41,741 bases of DNA from IMG/VR virus record IMGVR_UViG_3300027719_000011; one strand, written 5' to 3'. Of this stretch, positions 7,924-16,575 are shown piece by piece. The position numbers were made by a program, and so were the translations under genes. Source of the stretch: a virus. Below the pieces are notes generated by a model. That model did no database searches and had not been told where the DNA came from. It was given only the letters and a program-made list of their open reading frames with translations. Each line of letters starts with the position of its first letter. Within the stretch, counting starts at the first letter, position 1.

Positions 7924-8961
7924 TTAGCTTCGGGTCTTCTGCTTCTGCTGTTCGGTATACCACGCCATGATCTCGGGCTGTCTACGTGCATACTCCTCCG
8001 GTCGGTTGAGTTGCATGTCGGCCAGCTGACCAAGCGTGAAAGACGGAACAGAGGTAGTTCTGGAAGCGGCTGGAACGCCAACAGCAGAACCCACGGGATA
8101 ACGGCGATCAACATTGGCAGGCATCGGCGCTGGGGCAGCGGGGGTCGGAGGTGCTGGGTTGCCAGGAACCTCAGATGCTGCTGTGCTTGCAGGAGCCAAT
8201 GTCTGTTTGTATGAATTGAGAATAAACTGGAAAGTTGCGGGATCAGTTTCTCCCTGGATCGCAATATGCTGGGGAACATTCGCTACAAGCCATTTGCCGA
8301 ACTCGGGCTGGGACATAATATCCTGAGCCGCTGCTACCTTGGCCTGAATAGTCTGCGCGTTGGCAGCCCTGTTCAGGTCATTAAACAGCTCCTGCTTGGC
8401 CTGATCACGTATCTTTTTTGCAAAGAGCGATGGAGTTGATAACATTTCGTTCAGCAGGGTTGCATCATCTTCCAGATTAGCAGCGGCTGCGGGAACAGTT
8501 GCTGCTGGTACCTTGTTCCGCTGCTCCATTTCTGGCTTCAAGACTTTTTCCTCGTACAGACGGCGGTACGCGGAAACCTCTGCATCATGTTCGCCTTTAA
8601 GACGTTCAAGATTCTTGTACGCCTCGTAGACGTCTTTCTTGCTTTTGCCCTTGAAACGGGGGTCATCAATGTCTTCCTCTGGGCCTGTCGCTACGGGTGC
8701 AGTCTGTACAGGTTCAGCTTGTCCTTGCGGGGCTGCCTGTGCATTAGGGTCACCTGCGGGTTCAAGGTTCTCCGGTGGTTGGACATCTTGAAAGTTTCCT
8801 TCCATCACAAACGGAGGTGGCTCAGTCTCAACGACTGTGGCCTCCAGGTCGCTCGGATCGAAGGGACGGGCTTCTTCCCGTTCACCGATAGAAATCATTC
8901 GGGCGCGATTCTCCGGTGTGGGTCGCACTGAACGCTGGGGCTGTGGCGGTACTCTTGCCAT
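7924..8961 (-). CDS. Scaffolding protein
   Basis: It is an acidic, Pro/Ala/Glu-rich, low-complexity helical protein encoded between the portal and capsid genes. Confidence 0.55.
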   Translation of the reverse strand: MARVPPQPQRSVRPTPENRARMISIGEREEARPFDPSDLEATVVETEPPPFVMEGNFQDVQPPENLEPAGDPNAQAAPQGQAEPVQTAPVATGPEEDIDDPRFKGKSKKDVYEAYKNLERLKGEHDAEVSAYRRLYEEKVLKPEMEQRNKVPAATVPAAAANLEDDATLLNEMLSTPSLFAKKIRDQAKQELFNDLNRAANAQTIQAKVAAAQDIMSQPEFGKWLVANVPQHIAIQGETDPATFQFILNSYKQTLAPASTAASEVPGNPAPPTPAAPAPMPANVDRRYPVGSAVGVPAASRTTSVPSFTLGQLADMQLNRPEEYARRQPEIMAWYTEQQKQKTRS

Positions 8962-8975
8962 CTTAAATAGACTCC

Positions 8976-9251
8976 TTATCGTATAACAGGGTTCTCGTTG
9001 GAATTGTCCTGCTTAGACCATTGTTCACGTAACAGCGACAGATCATCGAATATCTTCTGCAAATCTCTGATCGCTGCTATCTTACCCTGTACCTTCATAA
9101 AGGTGGTACCGGGGGCATTCTCCAATTCAAGTTTATACCCTTCCAGCTGTTCTGTCAATGCCGACTCTACAGCATGGAAATGTTCTGAATGTTTGAGACC
9201 TTCAAGTCCATTAAGTGTCTGTTCACGCACGGGGGGTACCTCCTGGAGCAC
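8976..9251 (-). CDS. Hypothetical small helical protein (91 aa)
   Basis: The ORF lies between the portal and scaffold genes and overlaps the portal 3' end by 29 nt. I recognise no motif. Confidence 0.4.
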   Translation of the reverse strand: MLQEVPPVREQTLNGLEGLKHSEHFHAVESALTEQLEGYKLELENAPGTTFMKVQGKIAAIRDLQKIFDDLSLLREQWSKQDNSNENPVIR

Positions 9252-11280
9252 TCATTGGCAACATTTCGCCGGGTTGAGAGCTTGGAACTTCAGGTGCTGG
9301 TTGGCTGGCGGCTCCTGGCATCGGTGCCCCGCCCATACCCGCGCCTACAACGCCGGGCAGGTTCTGCAACATGGCTTGTTCCATAGCCTGCTGCGGGTTG
9401 GGTATCACTCTATCCTTATCAAGACCTGTACCAATCGCTGCCCAGGCTTCCTGAAGCAGGTATCTGCGGTCAACCAGCGGGCCATCACTCGGGTTCGCTG
9501 TAGCTGCGAGAAAATTCATTATTTTGCCTGCAATATCCCGTTTCTGCATCGAAATCAGGCCGAGAGGGATAAATTCTGGCTCATCGGTACCCATCAAAGA
9601 CTCGCTTCCAGGAGGCAAACTTGATGCGAATAGGCCGGTCGGGATGTGTAAAACGTCCTGTGCGCCGGTCACCGGGTTGATTATCTGGGCCAGTTCCTCT
9701 GGATTCGGGTACATACTGATGATACGGGCATACCAGCAGTAGCTCTTCACCATGATATTCTGCTCAAAGTTGGAGGCCATCTCACGCACGATGCCCATCG
9801 CCTGACCCAGATTGGCCTGAGTTTCAGTAGCGGTCTGTTCGCCCTTCTTGCCCGCACCGCCGCCAACAACGGGCTTGATCCCGTGTGCTGAGTCGATGTA
9901 TCTTTCATACTCCTGCGCCTCGATGTAGGTGCCTTGAGTAACGTCCTGCACAGGCATCTGCTGAATGATGTCACCTGGCGGCCCTTCAGTCAGGAAGATT
10001 TTGCCGGGATAGATGCTCAGATCCTGGCCGCTGGTCAGCTTGCGCCGATCAGCTGCGAAGACCTGGTTGATTGCGATCGCTTTGTTATCAAGGCGACTTC
10101 TTACCGTAGCGTCGAGGGCAGCCTGTGGCCCCTGACTGATTTCAGCAATACCGATGCCATAAAACTCGTTCGGTACCTGCTCAAACCAGTCCTGCAGAAT
10201 CGGACGCTCGTTGTACCCGTACGCCGGTTCAATAGTCGACGGGTTGAGAACCGTTCCGTTGGCAACGATGATATGCATCTCTTTGCCTGTGGGGGTTCGG
10301 TCGTCGTCTTCATCCCCTTCGCCGTCATCGCCGCTCAACCCAGCTTCCTTCAATACATCTGCAGGAATCCAGATCATCGCTTCAAAAATCTCGACCTGAT
10401 CAGTCTCGCTGGAGGTCTGGATACCGATGCTGGAGAGTCTGCGCTGGAGAGTGTCGGTGGCTTCGATAGTCGGGCCTGAACTGTTTTCACGCTTCTTCGG
10501 CAACACTTCAATGGCTTTCTCTGCCAACATACGCCCGAGATCGCTTGGGCTTTTCATCGATCTGATGATTACACCTTCAGCGTTCTGCACGTTGGTCGCA
10601 GTCGGGTTCACGTACAAATTAAAAATAGAAATCGGCTCGGAGGTCGGGCGGGTGTAGTCCGTTTCCAGACGCTCCTGCACTTGCTCCTCACCGATCTGTA
10701 CAGTCCGATTGGACAGCGCGTCAAAGGCTATACGGGGCTGCGTGCGTGTTACGACCCTTTCCTTGGTCTCTACGATAGCCCTCTGTCGGAGGAAGCCCGT
10801 GCCATATATTGCCTGTTCAGTCAGATGCAACTTAACTTTGTTGCGCCAGTTCTCGCGGGCATGGAGCCAACGAATGTACTGACGAAGGTAACCGGGTCGC
10901 TTGTCTTCCGGTTGGTTTTGATGAAGGTCAAAATAAGGGTCTGCCGCAAACAGGATCTGCAGCATGGACGTCGTGTAGTTGGTTACAGCCTCTTTGGTCT
11001 TGGGCATCTTGAGCTTACTGCGCTCAGAGTTGCGGGTCTGATCCTGAGAGTCCTGGATACAACGCCACTGGCGGTAATATGCAAGCCACTTCTTCTCAAG
11101 CTGCGTCCTGGCATCGCGCCAACTGGCGAACTTGGCCTGCACATGTCGTGCAATGACATCGAGATCTATCTTTTTAGTCTGCTCGATACCTTCGCCGTCA
11201 TCGTCCATTTCTGGCAAATCGGGGTTGCCAACAGTGTATTCCACTTCGCCACTGGTTTCAGTAATTTCTGGGTACGCCAT
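9223..11280 (-). CDS. Portal protein
   Basis: It is about 685 aa and lies directly downstream of the large terminase gene. The N-terminal region (WLAYYRQWRCIQDS...SKLKMPKTKEAVTNYTTSMLQILFAADPYFDL) is typical of podovirus portals. I prefer the ATG at 11278..11280 (MAYPEITE), which has a G-rich Shine-Dalgarno; the ORF track start at 11337 has no room for an RBS. Confidence 0.75.
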   Translation of the reverse strand: MAYPEITETSGEVEYTVGNPDLPEMDDDGEGIEQTKKIDLDVIARHVQAKFASWRDARTQLEKKWLAYYRQWRCIQDSQDQTRNSERSKLKMPKTKEAVTNYTTSMLQILFAADPYFDLHQNQPEDKRPGYLRQYIRWLHARENWRNKVKLHLTEQAIYGTGFLRQRAIVETKERVVTRTQPRIAFDALSNRTVQIGEEQVQERLETDYTRPTSEPISIFNLYVNPTATNVQNAEGVIIRSMKSPSDLGRMLAEKAIEVLPKKRENSSGPTIEATDTLQRRLSSIGIQTSSETDQVEIFEAMIWIPADVLKEAGLSGDDGEGDEDDDRTPTGKEMHIIVANGTVLNPSTIEPAYGYNERPILQDWFEQVPNEFYGIGIAEISQGPQAALDATVRSRLDNKAIAINQVFAADRRKLTSGQDLSIYPGKIFLTEGPPGDIIQQMPVQDVTQGTYIEAQEYERYIDSAHGIKPVVGGGAGKKGEQTATETQANLGQAMGIVREMASNFEQNIMVKSYCWYARIISMYPNPEELAQIINPVTGAQDVLHIPTGLFASSLPPGSESLMGTDEPEFIPLGLISMQKRDIAGKIMNFLAATANPSDGPLVDRRYLLQEAWAAIGTGLDKDRVIPNPQQAMEQAMLQNLPGVVGAGMGGAPMPGAASQPAPEVPSSQPGEMLPMSAPGGTPRA

Positions 11281-11343
11281 TCCACAACCCCCCTGGTTTA
11301 CATAATACTTACTTCTTACATTACAGCACCCATCCACCGAGTG

Positions 11344-13137
11344 TCAATAGCCTGCCAGATCGTCGCTGGGTTGGTACCGATTCTGTTGCTGAAAGTCCTG
11401 CACACTGCGGGGACTACGATACTCCGCCGGTAGCTGTATCAGCCTGCGGACATCCTCGATCAAGTGATCGTCAGCGTCTTTCGGCTTGTTCAACTCGCCT
11501 TTATCCTTTGCGCCACCCGCTTTCCAGTCCTTCCACACGTACCGCCCGAGTTCCCATATCAGTCTGGTGCAATGGGGGTCGATAAACAGGCTGGGGACAC
11601 CGTTGCGGGACTTGAAAGCATCCTGCATAAGCTGGATGCCACTGGAAAGATCCTTGGAGCCAAAGTCGAGAGAGATGCCGTGATCGGCCAGCTTCTCTTC
11701 AATGACTTCAAACGTCGATTTGCCCCGGTTGGTATCGCCTTGGCTGGACGGGTCGATGATGGCCTGCTCAATCGGGTGGATGGTCTTGTGAAAATCAATC
11801 ACCCAATCCGCAACCTGCTCAGGACTGCCATGCCTGAAGATTTCGTGGCAGACGAACTGGTTGCCTCTTCGGTCTACCCACATGAAAGTGAGGGCTTGCT
11901 CGGTGCGCGGATGGGTGTCGATGGCCGCGTAGACCGTGCTGTCTCTGGGGGGTTCCTGGCAAGGCACTACATGGATAGCGGGTTTGAAGTCTTTGAATAC
12001 CAGACCCTGGAGATGTAGAAACTTACCCTGCATACGTGTCTCGCGCTCATCGGGGGTCAGTGCCGACTCAAAGCTGTCGATGTCTGCCGACTTGAGATGT
12101 GGGTTTTCTCTGCTGGCAGCAGTGATTGTCCAGATGGTCGGGTCGGCCTTGTTCACAATCTCGTCTGCAATCCACGGCTCTTTCAGCGGGGTCATTGAGA
12201 AAATGGAGATACCCGAATGATCGACCAGACCGCGCAGGTTGGCAACATAGACTGGCCGGGGCGGCGGCTCATCATACAGAGTCACATAGCCGTCCCAACC
12301 TTCCATCATGGCGGGATCCTGCTGGTACGTCAGAAAGTCGATGACCGAACCGTTCTGGAAGATCCAATGCGCCTCGATGCCAAAAGAGTTCTTCTTCTTG
12401 GCCGCGACCCACTCAGGTGCCACATACTGACGGAACTTCGGCAACTGCACCTGTTCCAGTGCAGTCATGTCCTCTGCAAGAACGCGAATCTTAATCGGAG
12501 GATTCCAGCGGAGTTTACCTGGGTCTGGCGGCGCGGCGCACAACTGCGTGAAGGTCTTTAGTTCCTTCTGGTTCTGGAACGTGCGGGCAAGGAGAACTTG
12601 CTGCTGTTTGGGCTTTTTGGGATCACCAACTGCCAGAGGTCGCCAGCCCATCAAGAACTGCTTACACTCGGCGGCGTGGTTGATGCGCCCGTGGAGTGCT
12701 GCGGGTAGTAAGGCTTCCTCGATCTGCTTATGAACCTCTGCAGGGTAGGCAACTGTAAATGTGTTATCCGAATGCATCTGCAAACTGGTTGGTTGAGGCA
12801 GCTGGACAGACGGCGGTTGAGGCACCCAGGGATACCGACCGATGGCCAGAGAGATAGCGGCTGCAACAGCTGCAGTCGTCTTGCCATACCGGTTGCCTGC
12901 AAGAAGGACAAACGCCTTGAGCGATGGATCCTGTAAGGCATCGAAGAATAACTGCTGCTTGGTGTGCGGCACGAACCTCTCAAGCTGGTGGGCATTGTGG
13001 TACCGGTTCGCCTGCTCAAGAAGTTCAAGCTTCTTCGCCTTGGCCTCGGTCAGGAGCGCCTGGATCATCTCAGGAGTCTGCGCCGGTTGGCCGCCCTGGC
13101 TGGGGACAACGTCCTTCCTTGGCTGCTTAGTTGCCAT
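11344..13137 (-). CDS. Terminase large subunit
   Basis: It has a Walker A motif (LAGNRYGKTT), a Walker B-like motif (VTLYDEPPP) and nuclease-domain acidic motifs (AIDTHP, IIDPSSQGD, DADDHLIED). It sits upstream of the portal gene. Confidence 0.9.
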   Translation of the reverse strand: MATKQPRKDVVPSQGGQPAQTPEMIQALLTEAKAKKLELLEQANRYHNAHQLERFVPHTKQQLFFDALQDPSLKAFVLLAGNRYGKTTAAVAAAISLAIGRYPWVPQPPSVQLPQPTSLQMHSDNTFTVAYPAEVHKQIEEALLPAALHGRINHAAECKQFLMGWRPLAVGDPKKPKQQQVLLARTFQNQKELKTFTQLCAAPPDPGKLRWNPPIKIRVLAEDMTALEQVQLPKFRQYVAPEWVAAKKKNSFGIEAHWIFQNGSVIDFLTYQQDPAMMEGWDGYVTLYDEPPPRPVYVANLRGLVDHSGISIFSMTPLKEPWIADEIVNKADPTIWTITAASRENPHLKSADIDSFESALTPDERETRMQGKFLHLQGLVFKDFKPAIHVVPCQEPPRDSTVYAAIDTHPRTEQALTFMWVDRRGNQFVCHEIFRHGSPEQVADWVIDFHKTIHPIEQAIIDPSSQGDTNRGKSTFEVIEEKLADHGISLDFGSKDLSSGIQLMQDAFKSRNGVPSLFIDPHCTRLIWELGRYVWKDWKAGGAKDKGELNKPKDADDHLIEDVRRLIQLPAEYRSPRSVQDFQQQNRYQPSDDLAGY

Positions 13138-13462
13138 AGTTGATTAGTGCCTGCAGTTCGTCAGACACCCCGGCGCAGGATTCAACAGCTGTGAATTGCT
13201 GAGTCGCTTCAGGTGTCTTGGAGGCTTCGACCCGTTCGCGGACAGTCACCAGCATACCTTCAGGGGAGTGACTGTACAACATCTCGATCTGGCTTGGTTT
13301 GAGACGGGTTTCGTGCAGGAACGCGACGAGGAGGGTCTGCTCCAGCGTTGTGGTGATGTCCTTAAACATCTTGAGGCTGGCTCGGACGACGGGATCTTCC
13401 GTGTTGGTCAGATCGCCAGTAACCTTCTGCTTCCAGGCTTTAAAAATGCGGGCTTCTTTCAT
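13127..13462 (-). CDS. Putative terminase small subunit, called by position
   Basis: This 111-aa ORF is the first gene after the late promoter and overlaps the terminase large subunit start by 11 nt. An AAGGAG RBS precedes it. I see no diagnostic motif. Confidence 0.35.
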   Translation of the reverse strand: MKEARIFKAWKQKVTGDLTNTEDPVVRASLKMFKDITTTLEQTLLVAFLHETRLKPSQIEMLYSHSPEGMLVTVRERVEASKTPEATQQFTAVESCAGVSDELQALINYGN

Positions 13463-13493
13463 ATTGGCTCCTTGTGTTTGTCATGTTAAGGTC

Positions 13494-13523
13494 ATTGTAG
13501 GTCGAACCCAGGTTACCGGTCAA
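13494..13523 (-). promoter_or_regulatory. Sigma70-like late-operon promoter
   Basis: The minus strand reads TTGACC (13518..13523), an 18-nt spacer, then TACAAT (13494..13499). This lies about 30 nt upstream of the AAGGAG RBS and ATG of ORF 13462. Confidence 0.5.
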
Positions 13524-13560
13524 GACGGTATTTTAGCTACGGGGTAGACCGGTATTTTAG
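13523..13560. repeat. Direct repeat AGAC(C)GGTATTTTAG, two copies, abutting the -35 of the late promoter
   Basis: The copies are at 13523..13536 and 13546..13560, read directly from the sequence. Confidence 0.6.
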
Positions 13561-14073
13561 TCGCGAGTCATTTAGACGCTATACGACCGCACATGTGCCC
13601 TCGACCCTACCCCTACCCCTCTCATCAACGTAATACAATGGCATACAATCGGCTGAAAAACGTAACACAAAGTAATAGGGTTTACATAATATCTATTATC
13701 AGGCCGTTTCAATCCTCGCAAATAGGCACGGTTGAGTCCTTGTTGCAAGGCACCATGAAATATTGCTGCAGGTGCTTACCAGATTCTGCGCTTTTATGCT
13801 GCAGTAGTATCATGGCGGCCAGGGTGCTTAGGAGGCTAGATGCCTTGTTCTAGTGGCTCTCGATTGCCGTTGCTCTCGGTAATCCGTTTAACCAGTGTCT
13901 TTGCGAGCTATAAAACGCGCAAAGCTACTGATATGCTATGGAGTCTATACTGGGGAAAATTTCCCTACCCTACATTATCCACCTGAGTAATAATTACCTT
14001 GTCTGCTCTCAACTATGCTATAAAGCTATTCTAGTCACAAACATTGGCAACCTGGCAGCCCGGAACAATTAGA

Positions 14074-14091
14074 TTGTGGTAAATTTACCAC
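14074..14091. promoter_or_regulatory. Perfect 18-bp palindrome TGTGGTAAATTTACCACA, a candidate protein-binding site
   Basis: It is read directly from the sequence. It lies in the ORF-free region between the early terminator and the late promoter. Confidence 0.4.
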
Positions 14092-14126
14092 ACATATAAA
14101 AATCCAGGTTGTCCAGGTAGCGCAAA

Positions 14127-14165
14127 ACAAAAGGGACAATACTAATAATGTATTGTCCCTTTTGT
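14127..14165 (-). terminator. Rho-independent terminator ending the minus-strand early operon
   Basis: A perfect 15-bp stem pairs 14127..14141 with 14151..14165 around a 9-nt loop. On the minus strand the GC core is followed by UUUUGUUUUG. Confidence 0.75.
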
Positions 14166-14187
14166 GGCCTAATTACTTTAAAACTCC

Positions 14188-14322
14188 TTAATCTTTTGCT
14201 TGCTCTAAGATCTGCTTTGCCAAGTTTGCGTACTCTTCAGCCTTAACTGTATCGCCTCTCTCAACCGCACGTTCCATACATGCAAGACAAGTGTCTAATA
14301 ACGCTGCTAGAATATTGTTCAT
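14188..14322 (-). CDS. Small hypothetical protein (44 aa, below the ORF-track cutoff)
   Basis: My hand translation is MNNILAALLDTCLACMERAVERGDTVKAEEYANLAKQILEQAKD. Its ATG lies 3 nt after the stop of ORF 14326..14625, and the terminator follows it. Confidence 0.35.
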   Translation of the reverse strand: MNNILAALLDTCLACMERAVERGDTVKAEEYANLAKQILEQAKD

Positions 14323-14325
14323 AGT

Positions 14326-14625
14326 TTATTTGCCTTTCCATGGTAGCTTTGTGCTATCTATAAATTCGCCTTTTAACTTGCAAGTTTTTACTATGCCTTT
14401 AAGCGTAGGCATGGCGGCATTAACGCAATCAATACAGCCTATGCTGTTCGGCAGAATGCCTTTTTCCATTTGGAACCAACCTATTCTGCTTTGATCAAGA
14501 AACGCATGGCAATATCTGCATTGTATGTATTGTTGCGCGATGAATTGCGCTGATATCATTTTATCTGCTATACCCGGCTCCAATTTGTTCAACAAAACTT
14601 TTCCGACAATTGTTTCTGTTTTCAT
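14326..14625 (-). CDS. Hypothetical Cys-rich protein, possible Zn-binding
   Basis: It is 99 aa with CRYCH ... CIDC. It lies in the AT-rich island. Confidence 0.45.
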   Translation of the reverse strand: MKTETIVGKVLLNKLEPGIADKMISAQFIAQQYIQCRYCHAFLDQSRIGWFQMEKGILPNSIGCIDCVNAAMPTLKGIVKTCKLKGEFIDSTKLPWKGK

Positions 14626-14640
14626 TTTTAAAACTCCTCT

Positions 14641-15249
14641 TCAATGTTTCCGGAATAGGATTGTAGGGTATCGATTGTTACTACTGCAGATACTGCAGAT
14701 TTTGCAATCCCCGGGGCAAACAATAGCATTCTGTAATATCTTTGGTTCTTCGTGCTTGCCAATTACTTTACTTGCCCTTACAAAAGTCTTACTGACTTTG
14801 ATTGCCTGCTTGCAGCTTGTTTCGTCGAGCGAAAAAATCAGCCTGACATTATCAAGACTTTGCAGGCCTGAAAAATTAAACTGGTAAGAACGGGTATAAG
14901 CATAGAAGATAATCCCGGGAAATGTTTCTGCAATCGCTTGCCAGTCATTTATATATTTTTGGCTGTAAAAGTCCCCGCTCTCATGAATTCTGACTTTGTT
15001 GATTTTGCCCTTGCTCACTAGCAAAGCTATTTCATTAACCATTTGGGGAACAAAGTTTTTGTTTTTGCTATCTTTCAAGCTTTCTTGCCTATGGTTCAAT
15101 ACTCCTCTATAAATTCTCTCTGCTTTTCTCGCATAGCAATAAGCTTTGCATGCGCTTGTTGCGCCCGGGCATGTTTCAATAGCCGGTAGATTGAATATGC
15201 CTGTAGTTTTTGGGAGTTTTCTATTCCCTAATGTTAAAAGATTTTTCAT
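14641..15249 (-). CDS. GP88-family-like Cys-cluster protein, function unknown
   Basis: The N-terminus (LGNRKLPKTTGIFNLPAIETCPGATSACKAYCYARKA), IHESGDFYSQKYINDW, FYAYTRS and a C-terminal CPGDCKICSIC fit the pattern I remember for Pfam GP88 phage proteins. Confidence 0.55.
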   Translation of the reverse strand: MKNLLTLGNRKLPKTTGIFNLPAIETCPGATSACKAYCYARKAERIYRGVLNHRQESLKDSKNKNFVPQMVNEIALLVSKGKINKVRIHESGDFYSQKYINDWQAIAETFPGIIFYAYTRSYQFNFSGLQSLDNVRLIFSLDETSCKQAIKVSKTFVRASKVIGKHEEPKILQNAIVCPGDCKICSICSSNNRYPTILFRKH

Positions 15250-15255
15250 AATGTT

Positions 15256-15555
15256 TTACCTTCTTCCCCAAAAGGGATTGTTCAAGTCTTCGTTCACACC
15301 ATAGAACGTGTAGCTGTCATAGTTTCTAATCCGCGACCGTTTATTACCGCAAAATTCTTGATATTCAATCGTCTTACCTGCTGTTATCATCGCGGATTGA
15401 AACAAAGATAAATCACAATCTTCCTCAAGAAAAGCAAAGTTACCATGCCTATACGAAAACGAGCTAATTTTGTCTGCAATGCCAAGCTTTACAAGCAATT
15501 TAATAGATACTTTTCCCCATGCATGCCCCGGATCGGCATATACTTGAATTTTCAT
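15256..15555 (-). CDS. Hypothetical conserved phage/plasmid-type small protein
   Basis: It is 99 aa and contains ADPGHAWGKVSIKLL...SYRHGNFAFLEEDCD. I recall this pattern from mobile-element proteins but cannot name the family. Confidence 0.45.
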   Translation of the reverse strand: MKIQVYADPGHAWGKVSIKLLVKLGIADKISSFSYRHGNFAFLEEDCDLSLFQSAMITAGKTIEYQEFCGNKRSRIRNYDSYTFYGVNEDLNNPFWGRR

Positions 15556-15679
15556 TTTTGATACTCCTTCAATAATTTGTAAATCGCTGCCAGTTCTTTA
15601 ATGTTTCTTTGTATCGGATTATGATACTGCAGGCCATGTAAACGTAAATTACGCCAGACTCTTTTGAATTCTATTCTGT

Positions 15680-16168
15680 TCATAACAGACCATTTTCCCG
15701 GAATGAGAAGTACCCTACTTCTCCCCCAGCAATGATTACGTGGTCTATAAAACGGATATCCATGATATCCGCTGCGCGTGCTATGGCCTTAGTGATTACA
15801 ATATCAGCGTTGGACGGGCGTAGTTGTCCAGCTGGGTGGTTATGAACTACAAGCACGCCCGTTGCGTAGCCTAATAACGCTTTGCGGATTATATTCTTTG
15901 GATAAACTGCAGTTTGGTCTTCTATGCCCTCACTTAGTATCTCTTCTTGCATAATCCTATTCTCATTGTTCAAATAAAATACTCTCAGTTGTTCCGTTGG
16001 TAATAGCATCATGTTAAGTCTGAGGTAATCAATAAAAGCACTTGCTGTCTGTATGGACGGTTTCAAGTGCTGCAAGCGTGCTACGTCCTGAGCACCCTTT
16101 AATATCTCGGCTTTGCTTGCCTGTCTATACTCCCCTGCGTTTTCCCTTACAAATAGTTGATGTTTCAT
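15680..16168 (-). CDS. radC: RadC-like JAB/MPN metalloprotease-domain protein
   Basis: The JAMM motif is intact (HNHPAGQLRPSNAD, i.e. HxH-x7-S-xx-D). The upstream region is RadC-like (EDQTAVYPKNIIRKALL). An AAGGAG RBS precedes it. Confidence 0.85.
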   Translation of the reverse strand: MKHQLFVRENAGEYRQASKAEILKGAQDVARLQHLKPSIQTASAFIDYLRLNMMLLPTEQLRVFYLNNENRIMQEEILSEGIEDQTAVYPKNIIRKALLGYATGVLVVHNHPAGQLRPSNADIVITKAIARAADIMDIRFIDHVIIAGGEVGYFSFRENGLL

Positions 16169-16172
16169 AGTT

Positions 16173-16304
16173 TTAACTCCTTACTACTTTAAGACTAGAC
16201 GTTTCAATGCCTAATGATGCAAGCCTGCAGATATACGAGCAGCCAGCCTGTAGACTATCAACTACCGCGAAAACCTCATTCTTTTTGCTTACTACTTTAT
16301 ACAT
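16173..16304 (-). CDS. Possible 43-aa leader ORF upstream of the RadC-like gene
   Basis: My hand translation is MYKVVSKKNEVFAVVDSLQAGCSYICRLASLGIETSSLKVVRS. An AGGAG sits 9 nt upstream of its ATG. Its last codons contain the RBS of the RadC-like gene. Confidence 0.3.
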   Translation of the reverse strand: MYKVVSKKNEVFAVVDSLQAGCSYICRLASLGIETSSLKVVRS

Positions 16305-16351
16305 GTTATTTTCTCCTGCGTTTTTGTTTTTGTTTTTGTTCTTATGTATTC

Positions 16352-16380
16352 AATATACTTATAAACGCTTACAATGTCAA
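16352..16380 (-). promoter_or_regulatory. Sigma70-like promoter for the AT-rich RadC island
   Basis: The minus strand reads TTGACA (16375..16380), a 17-nt spacer, then TATATT (16352..16357). The -35 is embedded in CGCTTGACATTGTAAGCG (16366..16383). Confidence 0.55.
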
Positions 16381-16575
16381 GCGATTTGGTTTTTTATTTT
16401 ACCAGATAATCTACACCGATCGGCCAAGTAACTTTTATCATTTCGTTGCTTTGGTAATATAGTCGCAGCGCAGCTTTGCCGATAAATTACCCTACCAGGC
16501 CTATGCACATCAGACTGGCCTGGAACGCGCACGCGCATGTGAGATCGCGTACCTCAAGAATAAGGGATTATAAGT

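Noticed and set aside
13495-13520. A tRNA-like T-loop string (ggtcgaaccc) and a second one near 13735 (ggttgagtcc)
   Set aside because: I could not build an acceptor stem, D-arm or anticodon arm around either. The first overlaps the spacer of the late promoter. I therefore call no tRNA, although a tRNAscan-SE run would be the decisive check.
13593-13853. An 86-aa plus-strand ORF in the large non-coding region
   Set aside because: It has no RBS, points against both flanking operons, and has an odd composition (Cys/Ser/Leu-rich). It was treated as a chance ORF in AT-rich DNA.
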